A program made the position numbers and the translations under genes. Shown here piece by piece: positions 1 through 10,542 of a DNA stretch of 64,000 nt (positions are counted from its first letter, which is position 1; each line of letters begins with the position of its first letter). The notes under the pieces were generated by a model. The model was given only the letters and a program-made list of their open reading frames with translations. It was not told the origin of the DNA and did no database searches. The stretch is from an uncultured Pseudomonadota bacterium (GTDB taxonomy: Bacteria > Pseudomonadota > Alphaproteobacteria > JACZXZ01): assembly GCA_963749075.1 (NCBI GenBank), contig CAVVLJ010000016.1, positions 1,120,001-1,184,000 on the forward strand. Reading direction: 5' to 3'.

Positions 1-186
1 CTCGCACGACATCGGCCGCGCGCACCGCGTAGCCGTCCATGGCGGAGACCGCGGCCGGTGGCTGCGTCACGCGCGCCACCACATCCTCGGCAAGCACCCG
101 CCCGATGCCCTGGGCCAGGCTCACGCGCTCGGCCGAAAGCGGCATGAAGGCCTTCAGGATGCGGCCCAGCGCCTCCTCGACGGAGA

Positions 187-190
<4 letters not shown>
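1..190 (-). CDS. moeA: molybdopterin molybdotransferase MoeA, N-terminal part (runs off window edge)
   Basis: Manual translation from ATG at 190: [12 protein letters not shown]...[28 protein letters not shown] (SAMDGYA motif); ATGA overlap with moaC stop. Confidence 0.9.
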
Positions 191-666
<476 letters not shown>

Positions 667-671
667 GGCGC

Positions 672-1481
672 TCAGGCCCGCGCCATCGCCGGATGTGCGA
701 GAAGTGCGCGCGTCGCCGCCGCCACATCGGCCTGGGCCATGAGCGATTCGCCGACAAGGAAGCAGGAAGCCCCCGCGCGCGCCATGCGGGCGAGGTCCGA
801 GGGCGCAGCCAGGCCGCTCTCGGAAACCACGATGCGGTCCCCGGGGACCCGCGGTGCAAGCTCTTCAGTCGTTGCAATATCAACGCGCAACGTTTTGAGA
901 TTGCGGTTATTCAGCCCGATCAATTGACATGGCAACCTGAGGGCGCGGGAGAGCTCTTGGGCATCGTGCACTTCGACCAGGGCATCCATTCCGTAGCCGG
1001 CTGCAGCAGCGGCCAGGGCTGCAGCCGAGGCGTCGTCAAGGGCCGCCAGAATGAGCAGCACGCAATCGGCTCCAAGGGCACGGGACTCGGAGACTTGATA
1101 GGAGTCCAGGATGAAGTCCTTGCGCAGCACCGGCAGCTCGACCGCCGAGCGGGCAGCCACGAGATCGCCGTCGCAGCCCTGGAAATAAGGCTCGTCGGTG
1201 AGGACGGAGAGGCAGCTGGCGCCCCCTAGGGCGTAGGCGCGCGCGAGCTCGGCCGGGGCGAAATCCGCGCGGATGAGGCCCTTGCTCGGCGAGGCGCGCT
1301 TTAGCTCGGCGATGAGGCCGTAGCCGCCTGCGGCGACCGCCGCGGCGAGGCGTCTGGCAAAGCCGCGCGGCGGCGGGGCCGCGCGCGCCGCGGCCTCGAC
1401 CTCGGCCAAGGGCCGCAAGCCCTTCCGCCGCTCGACCTCGCGGCGCTTGTCGGCACAGATCCTTGCGAGAACGTCGGCCAT
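672..1481 (-). CDS. trpC: indole-3-glycerol phosphate synthase
   Basis: [50 protein letters not shown]. Confidence 0.97.
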   Translation of the reverse strand: MADVLARICADKRREVERRKGLRPLAEVEAAARAAPPPRGFARRLAAAVAAGGYGLIAELKRASPSKGLIRADFAPAELARAYALGGASCLSVLTDEPYFQGCDGDLVAARSAVELPVLRKDFILDSYQVSESRALGADCVLLILAALDDASAAALAAAAAGYGMDALVEVHDAQELSRALRLPCQLIGLNNRNLKTLRVDIATTEELAPRVPGDRIVVSESGLAAPSDLARMARAGASCFLVGESLMAQADVAAATRALLAHPAMARA

Positions 1482-1490
1482 GGCGATGAT

Positions 1491-2522
1491 CTACGCCCTG
1501 CCGTTGGTGATGGCTATGAGCAGTTCGAGCGTGCGCCTGGCGTGGCCCTCGTCGATCGCCTTGGCGGCAAGCGCAGCGCCGGCCTTGAGGTCTGCCGCCT
1601 TGCCGGCGACGAGGAGGGCGGCGGCGCTGTTCAAGAGCACGAAATCCCGATAAGGGCCGCGCTCGCCCGCGAAGACGGCCATCATGGCGCGCGCGTTATA
1701 GTCCCCGTCGCCGCCCTTGAGCGCCTCCGCCGTGGCGCCCGGCAAGCCGGCGTCCGCGGGCGACACGGTGAAGCTCGTGACCTTGCCGTCCCTGAGCTCG
1801 CTCACCTGGCTCGGCCCGGTGAGGGTGAGCTCGTCGAGTCCGTCCAAGCCGTGCACGACCCAGGCGCGCTCGGCGCCGAGGTTGCCGAGCACGCGGGCCA
1901 TGGGCTCGACCCACTCCTTGGCAAAGGTGCCGACCAGGTAGCGCTTGACCTTGGCGGGATTGGAGAGGGGGCCGAGAAGGTTGAAGATCGTGCGGGTGCC
2001 GAGCTCGACGCGGGTGGGGCCAACGTTGCGCATGGCGCTGTGGTAGCGCGGCGCCAGCATGAAGCCGATGCCGATCGCGCCGATGGCGCGCTCGACGACC
2101 TCGTAGGGTGCCTCCAAATTGACGCCGAGTGCCGAGAGCACGTCGGCGGCGCCCGACTTGGAGGAGAGCGCCCGGTTGCCGTGCTTGGCGACCGGCACGC
2201 CGCAGCCGGCGACGACCAAGGCACTCGCGGTCGAGACGTTGAAGGTGCCTGCCGCGTCGCCCCCGGTGCCGACCACGTCCATGGCGTCCGCGGGTGCGGC
2301 GACAGGATGGGCCTTGGCGCGCATGATGGTCGCCGCACCCGTGACCTCGTCCACCGTCTCGCCGCGCACGCGCAGCGCCATGAGGAAGCCGCCCATCTGG
2401 GACGGCGTGGCGTTGCCGGACATGATCGTCTCGAACGCCGTCTCGGCCTGTTGCCGGCTCAGGCTGCTGCCGGCCGCGACCACGGCGATGAGCTGCTTGA
2501 GATCGGGCGGTGCGGCGCTCAT
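1491..2522 (-). CDS. trpD: anthranilate phosphoribosyltransferase
   Basis: [49 protein letters not shown]. Confidence 0.97.
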   Translation of the reverse strand: MSAAPPDLKQLIAVVAAGSSLSRQQAETAFETIMSGNATPSQMGGFLMALRVRGETVDEVTGAATIMRAKAHPVAAPADAMDVVGTGGDAAGTFNVSTASALVVAGCGVPVAKHGNRALSSKSGAADVLSALGVNLEAPYEVVERAIGAIGIGFMLAPRYHSAMRNVGPTRVELGTRTIFNLLGPLSNPAKVKRYLVGTFAKEWVEPMARVLGNLGAERAWVVHGLDGLDELTLTGPSQVSELRDGKVTSFTVSPADAGLPGATAEALKGGDGDYNARAMMAVFAGERGPYRDFVLLNSAAALLVAGKAADLKAGAALAAKAIDEGHARRTLELLIAITNGRA

Positions 2523-3106
2523 GCAGCGAGCGCAGCCGCCTTGGCCAAGGCGAGGAAATTGCTAAGGAGCTTGTAGCCCTCGGTGGTCTCGATGCTCTCC
2601 GGATGGAACTGCACGCCGAAGAGCGGGAAGTCGCGGTGACGGAGGCCCATGACCGCCCCGTCATCGGTCTCGGCGGTGATCTCGAGGCAGGCGGGCAGTC
2701 CCTCCCGCGCCACCACGAGCGAATGGTAGCGCGTGGCCCGGAAGGGATTGGCAAGGCCGTGGAAGAGGTCGCTATCGCGGTGACGGATGCTGCTCACCTT
2801 GCCGTGCATCGGCAGCGGGCCGCGCACGATGCGCCCGCCGAAGGCCTGGCCGAGCGCCTGGTGGCCGAGGCAGACGCCGAGGAGCGGCAGCCGGCCGGCG
2901 GCGGCCTTGACGAGGGCGAGGCAGACGCCGGCGCGGTCGGGATCGCAAGGGCCGGGCGAGAGGATGATGCCCTCGGCACCCGAGGCGAGGGCGTCCTGAA
3001 CCGTGATCGCGTCGTTGCGCGCGACCGTGACCGCGGCGCCGAGCTCGCCCAGGCGATGCACCAGATTGTAGGTGAAGCTGTCGTAGTTATCGATGAGCAG
3101 GTACAT
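2519..3106 (-). CDS. trpG: anthranilate synthase component II (glutamine amidotransferase)
   Basis: [37 protein letters not shown]; start set at ATG 3106. Confidence 0.95.
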   Translation of the reverse strand: MYLLIDNYDSFTYNLVHRLGELGAAVTVARNDAITVQDALASGAEGIILSPGPCDPDRAGVCLALVKAAAGRLPLLGVCLGHQALGQAFGGRIVRGPLPMHGKVSSIRHRDSDLFHGLANPFRATRYHSLVVAREGLPACLEITAETDDGAVMGLRHRDFPLFGVQFHPESIETTEGYKLLSNFLALAKAAALAA

Positions 3107-3293
3107 GGCGGTCGGCAGCGCTTCCAACGTGTCGCGGGCAGCCCGGCGCACTCCGGGAACGGTTATAACAGGTCGCCCGAAATAGCGGAAGACGAGCGGC
3201 GGCGCAGCCGCGCTGCAGTTTGCGCTCGACTTGCCGCCGCTCGTACGTACCCTCGCTCTGCCTGCATGAAGCCCGCGCTGCGATGCTTGGCGT

Positions 3294-3521
3294 TCAGCTC
3301 ATGCAGCCCATCCACACCGGGTACGACAAATTGCCGCCCTCGAACATGACCCAGACCAGGCTTCCGACCGGCGGCACCTTGGTCGACCCGTAGGGGCGGC
3401 ATGGCATCGCCCAGCTGGTCGGGGCAGCGGCGACGGACGGCACAGCGACCTGCACCCGGCCCTTCATCGTCGGGTCTGCCGTGTTCACGACGCTGCCGCG
3501 ATAGAGTCCGCAATGTGCCAT
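3294..3521 (-). CDS. stand-alone Gp5/VgrG OB-fold protein (phage baseplate assembly protein V-like), 75 aa
   Basis: [22 protein letters not shown]...WAMPC.P...[21 protein letters not shown] matches the Gp5 OB-fold pattern; AGGAG RBS upstream of ATG 3521. Confidence 0.8.
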   Translation of the reverse strand: MAHCGLYRGSVVNTADPTMKGRVQVAVPSVAAAPTSWAMPCRPYGSTKVPPVGSLVWVMFEGGNLSYPVWMGCMS

Positions 3522-3687
3522 GTCATTCTCCTGTGCGCACCGCCCCGCCGTGTTCGCATGCGGCGACATTTACCGCTCATGGCGCACCGAGGGCAACGGC
3601 AATAGGAGCGTCTCGCTGTCAGCTCCGGCGATCTCGGCGCCCCGGGCTCGCGTGCATTCTCGGGCTCTTCGCCCTATATTTCGCGGC

Positions 3688-5052
3688 GTGAAAAGGCGCA
3701 AACGGCAAGACCCTGCGGCAGGCAAGCGCGCGCGGATGAGCGGCATCGGCTGCCAGCTGAGGGCGCTTGCGGCGCGCGCCGAGCGCGGTGGGCAAGCGCC
3801 CCTATTCGGCAAGGGGCAGCGCGCGCGGCTGCTGGCAGGTCTCGCCGCCGCCTTGATGCTGGGTGCCGTCCTTGGCGTCGTTCTCGGCACGCGCGAGCCG
3901 GCGCGGCAGCCGCCGAGCGCGCAACCCCACGCCGCCGCGCAAGCCCCATCGCCCAGCCCTGAGCCCGCCCCGGCCAAGCCGCGCGCCGTTGCCGCGGTGA
4001 CGGAACGGTCGGCACCGCCGATCTCGGAAGGCCGCCTCGCCGGGCCGCTGCCGCTCGTCTCCGAGCCGCGCATGGCGCCGCGCGTGGCGCACGGCAGGGC
4101 AGCGCTGCCGCCCGCAGCGCCAAGCCCGCCGAGGCTCATCACCGCCGAGAAGGATCCGAGCGTCGTCTATGAGGAGGCGGTCGAGGAGCCGGTGCAGCGC
4201 GCTGCACCTCGCCCCTCGGGTGCCGCAAGCGAGCGCAAGCCGCCGCTGCTCGCCGCACTCGGGCATCTCGTGATCAAGCCGGTCGAAGGTGCCAAACCCG
4301 CGTGGCTGCAGAACGCGCTCGCCATGCCCGAGCTCCGCGGCCGGCCCATGGTGGCGCTGGTGATCGACGACTCCGGCGTCGACCGCCGGCGCACCGAGCG
4401 CGCCATGCATCTGCCGCCGCGGGTGACGATGTCCTTCCTCCCCTATGCGCCCGAGGTGGCGAAGCAGGTGGCGCAGGCGCGCGCGCTCGGCCACGAGATC
4501 ATCGTCCACGTGCCCATGGAGCCGCTCAACAGCCAGATCGATGCCGGCCCCAATGTGCTGCGCGTCAAGGACACGAGCGAGGAGACGCTGCGCCGGCTCG
4601 ACTGGGATCTCACGCGTTTTGCGGGCTACGTCGGCATCAACAACCACATGGGCAGCCGCTTCACAGAGGACGCCCAGGGCATGCGCACGGTGCTCGAGGC
4701 GCTCAAGTCGCGCGGGCTCCTCTTCCTCGATTCGCGCACCATCCCGGGCTCGGTCGGCGCCAAACTCTCGCGCGAGCTCGGCCTGCCCACCCTCGAGCGC
4801 GACGTCTTCCTCGACAATGTCGACAGCCGCGCGGAAGTGGCGAGCCGCCTTGCGGAGGTCGTGCGCATCGCGCGCCACGACGGCTATGTCATCGCCATCG
4901 GCCATCCGCGCGACGCCACCCTCGACGAGCTCGAGACCTGGGTCAAAGGGGTGGGGGAGGAGGGTCTCGTGCTGGTCCCCCTGAGCGCCGTCATGCGCGC
5001 CCTCATCGCCGCCGAGCCGGAGCAGGCGAAGGCGCAGCAGCTCCACGGCTGA
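3688..5052 (+). CDS. divergent polysaccharide deacetylase family protein (YibQ-like) with N-terminal TM anchor; start uncertain (3688 GTG or 3736 ATG)
   Basis: ALVIDDSG, SFLPY, GHEIIVHVPMEP, GINNHMGS, FLDSRT, RDVFLDN, IAIGHP; TM segment and Pro-rich linker. Confidence 0.88.
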   Translation: MKRRKRQDPAAGKRARMSGIGCQLRALAARAERGGQAPLFGKGQRARLLAGLAAALMLGAVLGVVLGTREPARQPPSAQPHAAAQAPSPSPEPAPAKPRAVAAVTERSAPPISEGRLAGPLPLVSEPRMAPRVAHGRAALPPAAPSPPRLITAEKDPSVVYEEAVEEPVQRAAPRPSGAASERKPPLLAALGHLVIKPVEGAKPAWLQNALAMPELRGRPMVALVIDDSGVDRRRTERAMHLPPRVTMSFLPYAPEVAKQVAQARALGHEIIVHVPMEPLNSQIDAGPNVLRVKDTSEETLRRLDWDLTRFAGYVGINNHMGSRFTEDAQGMRTVLEALKSRGLLFLDSRTIPGSVGAKLSRELGLPTLERDVFLDNVDSRAEVASRLAEVVRIARHDGYVIAIGHPRDATLDELETWVKGVGEEGLVLVPLSAVMRALIAAEPEQAKAQQLHG

Positions 5053-5112
5053 GGCTCGCCGAGCAAGGCTTTGCCTCAAGTCATTCTCGAAGGGCTTGCA
5101 GAACCATCTTGG

Positions 5113-5220
5113 GTCCTTCGAGACGGGCCTTCGGCCCTCCTCAGGACGAGGAAAATTTGCGTGTGGCAGAAAGACCTTATCTAATCCCGAGGAGCGAGCG
5201 TAGCGGGCGTCTCGAAGGAC
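5113..5220. repeat. palindromic intergenic repeat (REP/MITE-like), copy 1
   Basis: 13-bp terminal inverted repeats GTCCTTCGAGACG/CGTCTCGAAGGAC with inner hairpins; near-identical to 57882-57997 and similar to 13478-13577. Confidence 0.85.
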
Positions 5221-5261
5221 GCACAGGCCACGGTCCGTGACGCCGCTTTTTCTCCCTCGGC

Positions 5262-6765
5262 TTACCCCCCGCTCGCGAAGCGGACCGCCTCCTCGGCGGC
5301 GCGGATGAGGGCGCGCGCCTTGCTGCGCGTCTCCTGGTACTCGGATTCGGGGTCGCTGTCGGCGACGATGCCGCCGCCCGCCTGCACGTACATGGTGCCG
5401 TCCTTGACGAGGGCGGTCCTGAGGGCGATGCAGGTATCCATGGCGCCGTTCGCCGCGAAATAGCCGACGGCGCCCGCGTAGATGCCGCGCTTCTCGGATT
5501 CGAGCTCGTCGATGATCTCCATGGCGCGGATCTTGGGCGCACCCGAGACCGTGCCGGCGGGGAAGCCGGCGACCAGCGTCGCGATGGCATCGTGCTCGGG
5601 TGCCAGCTTGCCCTCGACGTTGGAGGCGATGTGCATGACGTGCGAATAATGCTCGATCGTCATCTTCTCGGTCACCTTGACCGTGCCGATCTCGGCGACG
5701 CGGCCCACGTCGTTGCGCGCCAGGTCGAGGAGCATGAGGTGCTCGGCGAGCTCCTTGGGGTCGGCGAGCAGCTCCTCGGCGAGCGCCTTGTCCTCGGCCG
5801 CGTCCTTGCCGCGCGGTCGGGTGCCGGCGATGGGCCGGATGGTGACGACGCCGTCGCGCAGGCGCACCAGCACCTCCGGGCTCGAGCCCACGATGGCGAA
5901 GCCGCCGAATTCGAGGAAGAAGAGGAAGGGCGAGGGGTTGAGGCGGCGGAGTGCTCGATAGAGGGCGAAGGGCGGCAGGCGGAAGGGCACGGCGAAACGC
6001 TGGGAGGGCACCACCTGGAACACGTCGCCGGCGCGGATGTACTCCTTGGCGCGCTCGACCAAGGCGTGGAACTCGGCGCGCGTCATGTTGGATCGCTCCT
6101 CGCCGTGGCTGGCCGGCCCCAAACCCGTCTCCCTCCGGTAGGTGACGCTGCGCTCGAACTCGGCCACGAGATCGGCCAAGCGCTCCCGCGCCAGGTCGTA
6201 GGCGCGCTCCGGGGAGACGCCTGGCTCCGGCCAGACCGGCGTGATCAGCTTGACCGTATCCTCGATGCTGTCGAAGACGGCGACGGCGGTCGGCCTCAGG
6301 AAGATCGCCTCGGGGATGCCGAGCACGTCGGGGTTCTTGTCCGGCAGACGCTCCATCTGCCGCACCATGTCGTAGCCGAGGTAGCCGAAGAGGCCGGCGG
6401 CCATGGGCGGCAGGCTCGGCGGCAGGGGGAACTGGCATTCCTTGACGAGGGCGCGCAAGGAGTTCGAGCGGGTGCGCGGCGCAAGCCTCGAAGGCGTCGT
6501 GCTCGATGCGGGCGCGGCGGTTGATCTCGGCAGCACCCGCGCGGCAGCGCCAGATGAGATCTGGCTTGAGGCCGACGAAGGAGTAGCGGTTGCGCACGCC
6601 GCGCTCGACGGATTCGAAGAGGAAGGCGTCGGGCCGTCCGTCGGCGAGCTTGAGCATGGCCGAGACGGGCGTGTCGAGATCGGCGATCAGCGTCGTCCAG
6701 ACGACCTGCGCCACGCCGCGGCGGTAGGTCGCGGCGAAATCGTCGAAAGCGGGCGCCGTGGTCAT
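5262..6765 (-). CDS. trpE: anthranilate synthase component I; one +1 frameshift at about 6463
   Basis: N-part DLDTPVSA...FLFESVE...RYSF in one frame; C-part GLFGYLGYD, NPSPF, SSPE, RPIAGTRPRG, EHLMLLDLARND, PAGTVSGAPK, QAGGGIVADS in another; span 1504 nt = 3n+1. Confidence 0.93.
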
Positions 6766-8648
6766 GAGCCGAGCGAGGCGTCGAGCACGCTCTCGTTGAC
6801 CTCGACGCCGTAGCGCGCGCGGAGCGCGTTGACGAAGGCGTTGAGCAGATCGGCGTCCATGGTGCCGGTGAGCTGCTCGTCGATCGACTTGACCCCGGCG
6901 GCGTCCTTGTCCGGATCGGCGGGGATCACGGTCGCAAGCTTGGCGATGACGGCGCCGTCGGGCGTCGCCGCCGACATCACGTCGCCCGGCTTGGCGGCGA
7001 AAAGCTGGGCCACGAGCTCGGGCGGCAGCTCGGCGCCCGCACCCTCGCCGGTCCGCGTCATCGGCTGCGTCTGGGTCACGATGTAGCCGTCCTCCTTCGC
7101 CAGGGCGGCGAAATCGCCGCCGCCCTTGACCTTCTCGACGAAGTCCGCGGCGAGCTTCCCGGCGGCCTTGCGCCGCGCTTCGGCCTGCCACTCCGCGACG
7201 GCTTTGTCGCGCACCTCGGCGAGCGGGCGCAGCGCGCTCGGCGTCACCTTGTCGACGCGCAGGATGAAGTAGCCGCCTTGGCCGTCCTCGGTGAGCTCGC
7301 TCGCGCGTCCGGGCTCGGCCGCGAACGCCGTGGGGAGGAACTTCTGGCTGGCGGGCAGATCCTCCGGACGCTTGCCGCCGGGCGCCAGGCCGCCGGCGTC
7401 GACCGCCGCGATCTTGACGAGCTTGAGCGAGAGCTTTTGCGCCGCCTCCTCGAGCGTCGCCCCGCCGCCGAGCGTATCCTGGAGCTTGTTGCCGAGATCG
7501 TAGACGGCGTCGCCCGCCTCGCGCAGCTGCAGCTCGTGGACGAGCCTGGGCTTCGCCTCCTCGAAGCTTTGCGTGCGGCCGGGAAGGATCTTGACGACCT
7601 GTGCGATGTGCCAGCCGAGCGGCGTCTCGACCGGCGCTGTGACTTCGCCCTCCTTGAGCGCGAAAGCGGCGGCGGCGAGCGCCGGTGCCGCCACGTCGTC
7701 CTGCTTGACCGTGCCGAGCTCGATCGGCGGCTTGCCCGTGAGGTCCTCCGCGACCTTGTCGAGGCTCTGCCCCTGGGTGAGGCGCTCGGACGCCTCCTTG
7801 GCGGCCGCCTCGTCCTTGAGGATGATCTGGCGGAGGTCGCGCTCCTCGGGCACCTTGAACTCGGCGACGCGCGCCTCGTATTCGTCCTTGAGCTTGTCGT
7901 CATCGACCGTCATGCGCGCGGCAACGTCGTCCGGCCTGAGGAGAACCGCGGTGATGGCGCGGTACTCGGGCGCCGTGAAGGCCTTGGCGTGGTCCTTGCG
8001 GTAGGCCGCGATTTCGTCCTCGCTCGGCGCCGGCACCTCCTTGACCGCGGCGGCCGTCAGCTGGACGGTGTCGGCCGTGCGCCGCTCCTCGCGATAGCGG
8101 TAGAGATCGTCGAGCAGCAAATGCGGCACCATGCCGCCCGCGGTGACCGCGCTGACCAGCTGGTTGCGCACGATGTCCTGCCGGGTCAAGACCACGAAAC
8201 GGTCCTCGGTAAAGCCGGCGTTCATGAGCAGGTTCTCGAAGACGTTGCGGTCGAATTTGCCCTCGGCATTGCGGAAGGCGGGATTGTCGAAGATGGCCTG
8301 GCGCACCACCGCGTCGCTCACCGCGACCCCGGCGTCGCGCGAGGCGAGATCGAGAAGGGCGCGGGCGACCATGTCGCGCAGCACGCGCTGCGGGATGCCG
8401 AGCTCGCGCGCGCGCTCGACGGTGATCTCGCTCTGTGCTATGCCCTGGAGACGGCGCAGCTCGCGGCGGTACTGCTCCTGGAACTCCATCGGCATGATGC
8501 GCACGGAACCCACCTGCGCGACCGCCTGGGTGCTGATGCCGCGCCGGAAGATGTCGCCGATGCCCCAGATGGCGAAGCTCAGGATGAGCATGCCGAACAT
8601 CAGGAAGACGACGACGCGCGCCACCAGGGTCTTGAGGCTGATTTTCAT
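6762..8648 (-). CDS. ppiD: PpiD/SurA N-terminal domain peptidyl-prolyl isomerase-like membrane chaperone
   Basis: N-terminal TM LILSFAIWGIGD, SurA-like helical domain, parvulin-like PEERDLRQI...VTAPVETPLGWHI; conserved trpE-ppiD-tpiA context. Confidence 0.85.
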   Translation of the reverse strand: MKISLKTLVARVVVFLMFGMLILSFAIWGIGDIFRRGISTQAVAQVGSVRIMPMEFQEQYRRELRRLQGIAQSEITVERARELGIPQRVLRDMVARALLDLASRDAGVAVSDAVVRQAIFDNPAFRNAEGKFDRNVFENLLMNAGFTEDRFVVLTRQDIVRNQLVSAVTAGGMVPHLLLDDLYRYREERRTADTVQLTAAAVKEVPAPSEDEIAAYRKDHAKAFTAPEYRAITAVLLRPDDVAARMTVDDDKLKDEYEARVAEFKVPEERDLRQIILKDEAAAKEASERLTQGQSLDKVAEDLTGKPPIELGTVKQDDVAAPALAAAAFALKEGEVTAPVETPLGWHIAQVVKILPGRTQSFEEAKPRLVHELQLREAGDAVYDLGNKLQDTLGGGATLEEAAQKLSLKLVKIAAVDAGGLAPGGKRPEDLPASQKFLPTAFAAEPGRASELTEDGQGGYFILRVDKVTPSALRPLAEVRDKAVAEWQAEARRKAAGKLAADFVEKVKGGGDFAALAKEDGYIVTQTQPMTRTGEGAGAELPPELVAQLFAAKPGDVMSAATPDGAVIAKLATVIPADPDKDAAGVKSIDEQLTGTMDADLLNAFVNALRARYGVEVNESVLDASLGS

Positions 8649-8801
8649 GCTCTGCCGTACCGCTCGAAGGTCTGGCCGCCAGGGCCTCGAAGGGGGGGCA
8701 TCATAAGAGCCGCAATGGGGCCGGGCAACTCGGGAATGGGGGTCCCGACGCCCGGCCCGCGCTGGTGCCGCGGGCGTCCGATGTGCTAGAGAGGCGCGGT
8801 C

Positions 8802-9569
8802 ATGGCGCGCCGCCCGCTGATTGCCGGAAACTGGAAGATGAACGGGCTTGGGCCCGGCGGCGCCGGGCTCGACGGGCTGGCGCTTGCGGGCGAGCTCGTG
8901 GCCCTGCTCAAGCGCGGTCCGGCGCTTGCCTGCGACCTCGTTGTGGCGCCGCCGGCGACGCTCCTCTGCCGCGTGGCGGTGCTGCTTGCCGGAAGCGCCA
9001 TCGGCCTTTGCGGCCAGGACTGCCACGCCGACGCGAGCGGCGCCCATACCGGCGACCTGAGCGCCGAGATGCTCAAGGAGGCGGGCTGCCGCTACGTCAT
9101 CGTCGGCCACTCCGAGCGCCGCGCCGATCACGGCGAATCGGATGCGCTGGTGGGCGCCAAGGCGGCGGCGGCGCACCGCGCCGGGCTCGTGGCCATTATT
9201 TGCGTGGGCGAGACGGAAGCCGAGCGGCGTGCCAGCAAGGCCGAGGCGGTGGTGGCGCGGCAGCTCGACGGCTCGCTCCCCGACGGCGCCGTGGCGGCCA
9301 GCACGGTCGTGGCCTACGAGCCGGTGTGGGCGATCGGCAGCGGGCGCGTCCCGAGTGCGGCCGATATCGCCGCCATGCACGGCTTCATCCGCCGGCGCCT
9401 CGCAGGACGGGCGGAGGGCGCCGCGGCCATGCGCATTCTCTACGGCGGCTCGGTCAAGGCGCAGAACGCCGCTGCCATCCTGGCGACGGCCGACGTGGAC
9501 GGCGCGCTCGTGGGCGGTGCCAGCCTCAAGGCCGCGGAGTTCTGGGCGATCGCCCGATCTTGTCCCTAG
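8802..9569 (+). CDS. tpiA: triosephosphate isomerase
   Basis: [46 protein letters not shown]. Confidence 0.97.
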   Translation: MARRPLIAGNWKMNGLGPGGAGLDGLALAGELVALLKRGPALACDLVVAPPATLLCRVAVLLAGSAIGLCGQDCHADASGAHTGDLSAEMLKEAGCRYVIVGHSERRADHGESDALVGAKAAAAHRAGLVAIICVGETEAERRASKAEAVVARQLDGSLPDGAVAASTVVAYEPVWAIGSGRVPSAADIAAMHGFIRRRLAGRAEGAAAMRILYGGSVKAQNAAAILATADVDGALVGGASLKAAEFWAIARSCP

Positions 9570-9675
9570 GCTTCGGGACGGCGCTCGGCCAAGGGGCCAT
9601 TCATGAAGGCGATAGTGGCGGTGCCGCGCAGCGTGTTAGGATATCTTCCTATAAATACTTGATCGAAAGACGGCT

Positions 9676-10002
9676 ATGTCGACGAGCACAACTGCAGCCT
9701 CGCGCGCGAGCCGTGAGCGGGCGATTGCACTTCTTAGGTCCCACGAGGAGGAAATCCGCGCCCGGGGGGCGATATCGCTTTACCTTTTCGGATCGGTCCG
9801 GCGCGGAGAGGGGCGATCGGAAAGCGACGTGGATCTCTTCATGGACTATGATCGGGCGCGCAAATTCAGTCTGATCGATCAAGTCGGCTTGAAAATTTAT
9901 TTGGAGGAGCTTTTGGAACGCCCGGTCGATCTCCTGACTCGTAATGCCATCCATCGCCGGATGCGGAGCCGGATAGAGGCGGAGACGGAGAGGGTTTTCT
10001 GA
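9676..10002 (+). CDS. minimal nucleotidyltransferase (MntA-type antitoxin)
   Basis: LFGSVRRGE...SDVDL, LEELLERPVDL; directly upstream of a HEPN gene. Confidence 0.88.
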   Translation: MSTSTTAASRASRERAIALLRSHEEEIRARGAISLYLFGSVRRGEGRSESDVDLFMDYDRARKFSLIDQVGLKIYLEELLERPVDLLTRNAIHRRMRSRIEAETERVF

Positions 10003-10371
10003 ATGCCGAGGGACCCGCGTCCTCGCCTTGACGATATCCTACGCTCGATCGAGTGGATTGAAGATGGCACGAAGGGCATGGAGCGGGAGGTCTTTTGGAG
10101 GGATCGGCGGACAAGGCAGCTCGTGGAGCGTAACGTCGAGATCATCTCGGAACCCAGCCGCCACATACCGGACGCCTTGAAGACTAAACATCCCGAAATA
10201 CCCTGGCGCGAGATTGCGGGGATCGGCAGTGTCCTGCGCCATGACTACGTCGAGGTCGACCCCAAGGTACTGTGGGATTTAGTGCGCGGCGACATCGGTC
10301 CATTGAAACGCGCCGTCCGCGCAATGCTGGACGAGGCGGAACGATCGTACGGCGGCGGGGACCCTGTATGA
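10003..10371 (+). CDS. HEPN/DUF86 (HepT-type) toxin
   Basis: LDDILRSI, VERNVEIISE, HPEIPWREIAGIG.VLRHDY.VD..VLW. Confidence 0.85.
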   Translation: MPRDPRPRLDDILRSIEWIEDGTKGMEREVFWRDRRTRQLVERNVEIISEPSRHIPDALKTKHPEIPWREIAGIGSVLRHDYVEVDPKVLWDLVRGDIGPLKRAVRAMLDEAERSYGGGDPV

Positions 10372-10512
10372 TCGCGGCGCAGGCGTGGCGACCGGGCGGC
10401 GCGATGGCCTGCGGCCGGCCCGGCCATGACGTTCAGTCAGAATGTATCAGGCAACTGTGAGTCCAGGTACTGAACGGCCTGGCCGTCTCGTCGCGCCGCT
10501 CGAACTCGGCGC

Positions 10513-10542
10513 TCAGTACGGTATGTTTCAGTACGGTATGTT
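10513..10542. repeat. perfect 15-bp tandem duplication TCAGTACGGTATGTT x2
   Basis: Read directly; duplicates the last four codons plus stop of the 10528-10866 gene. Confidence 0.9.

Noticed and set aside
3688-5052. Polysaccharide deacetylase interrupting trpE-trpG as a novel insertion
   Set aside because: I recall a yibQ-like gene between trpE and trpG in other alphaproteobacteria, so it is probably an old arrangement.
3802-7191. 1129-aa minus-strand ORF and other very long Arg/Ala/Gly-rich ORFs (e.g. 31652-34762, 34567-37575, 43268-45802)
   Set aside because: Shadow or alternative-frame ORFs expected at high GC; they overlap well-supported genes. Only the segment holding the trpE N-terminus is real.
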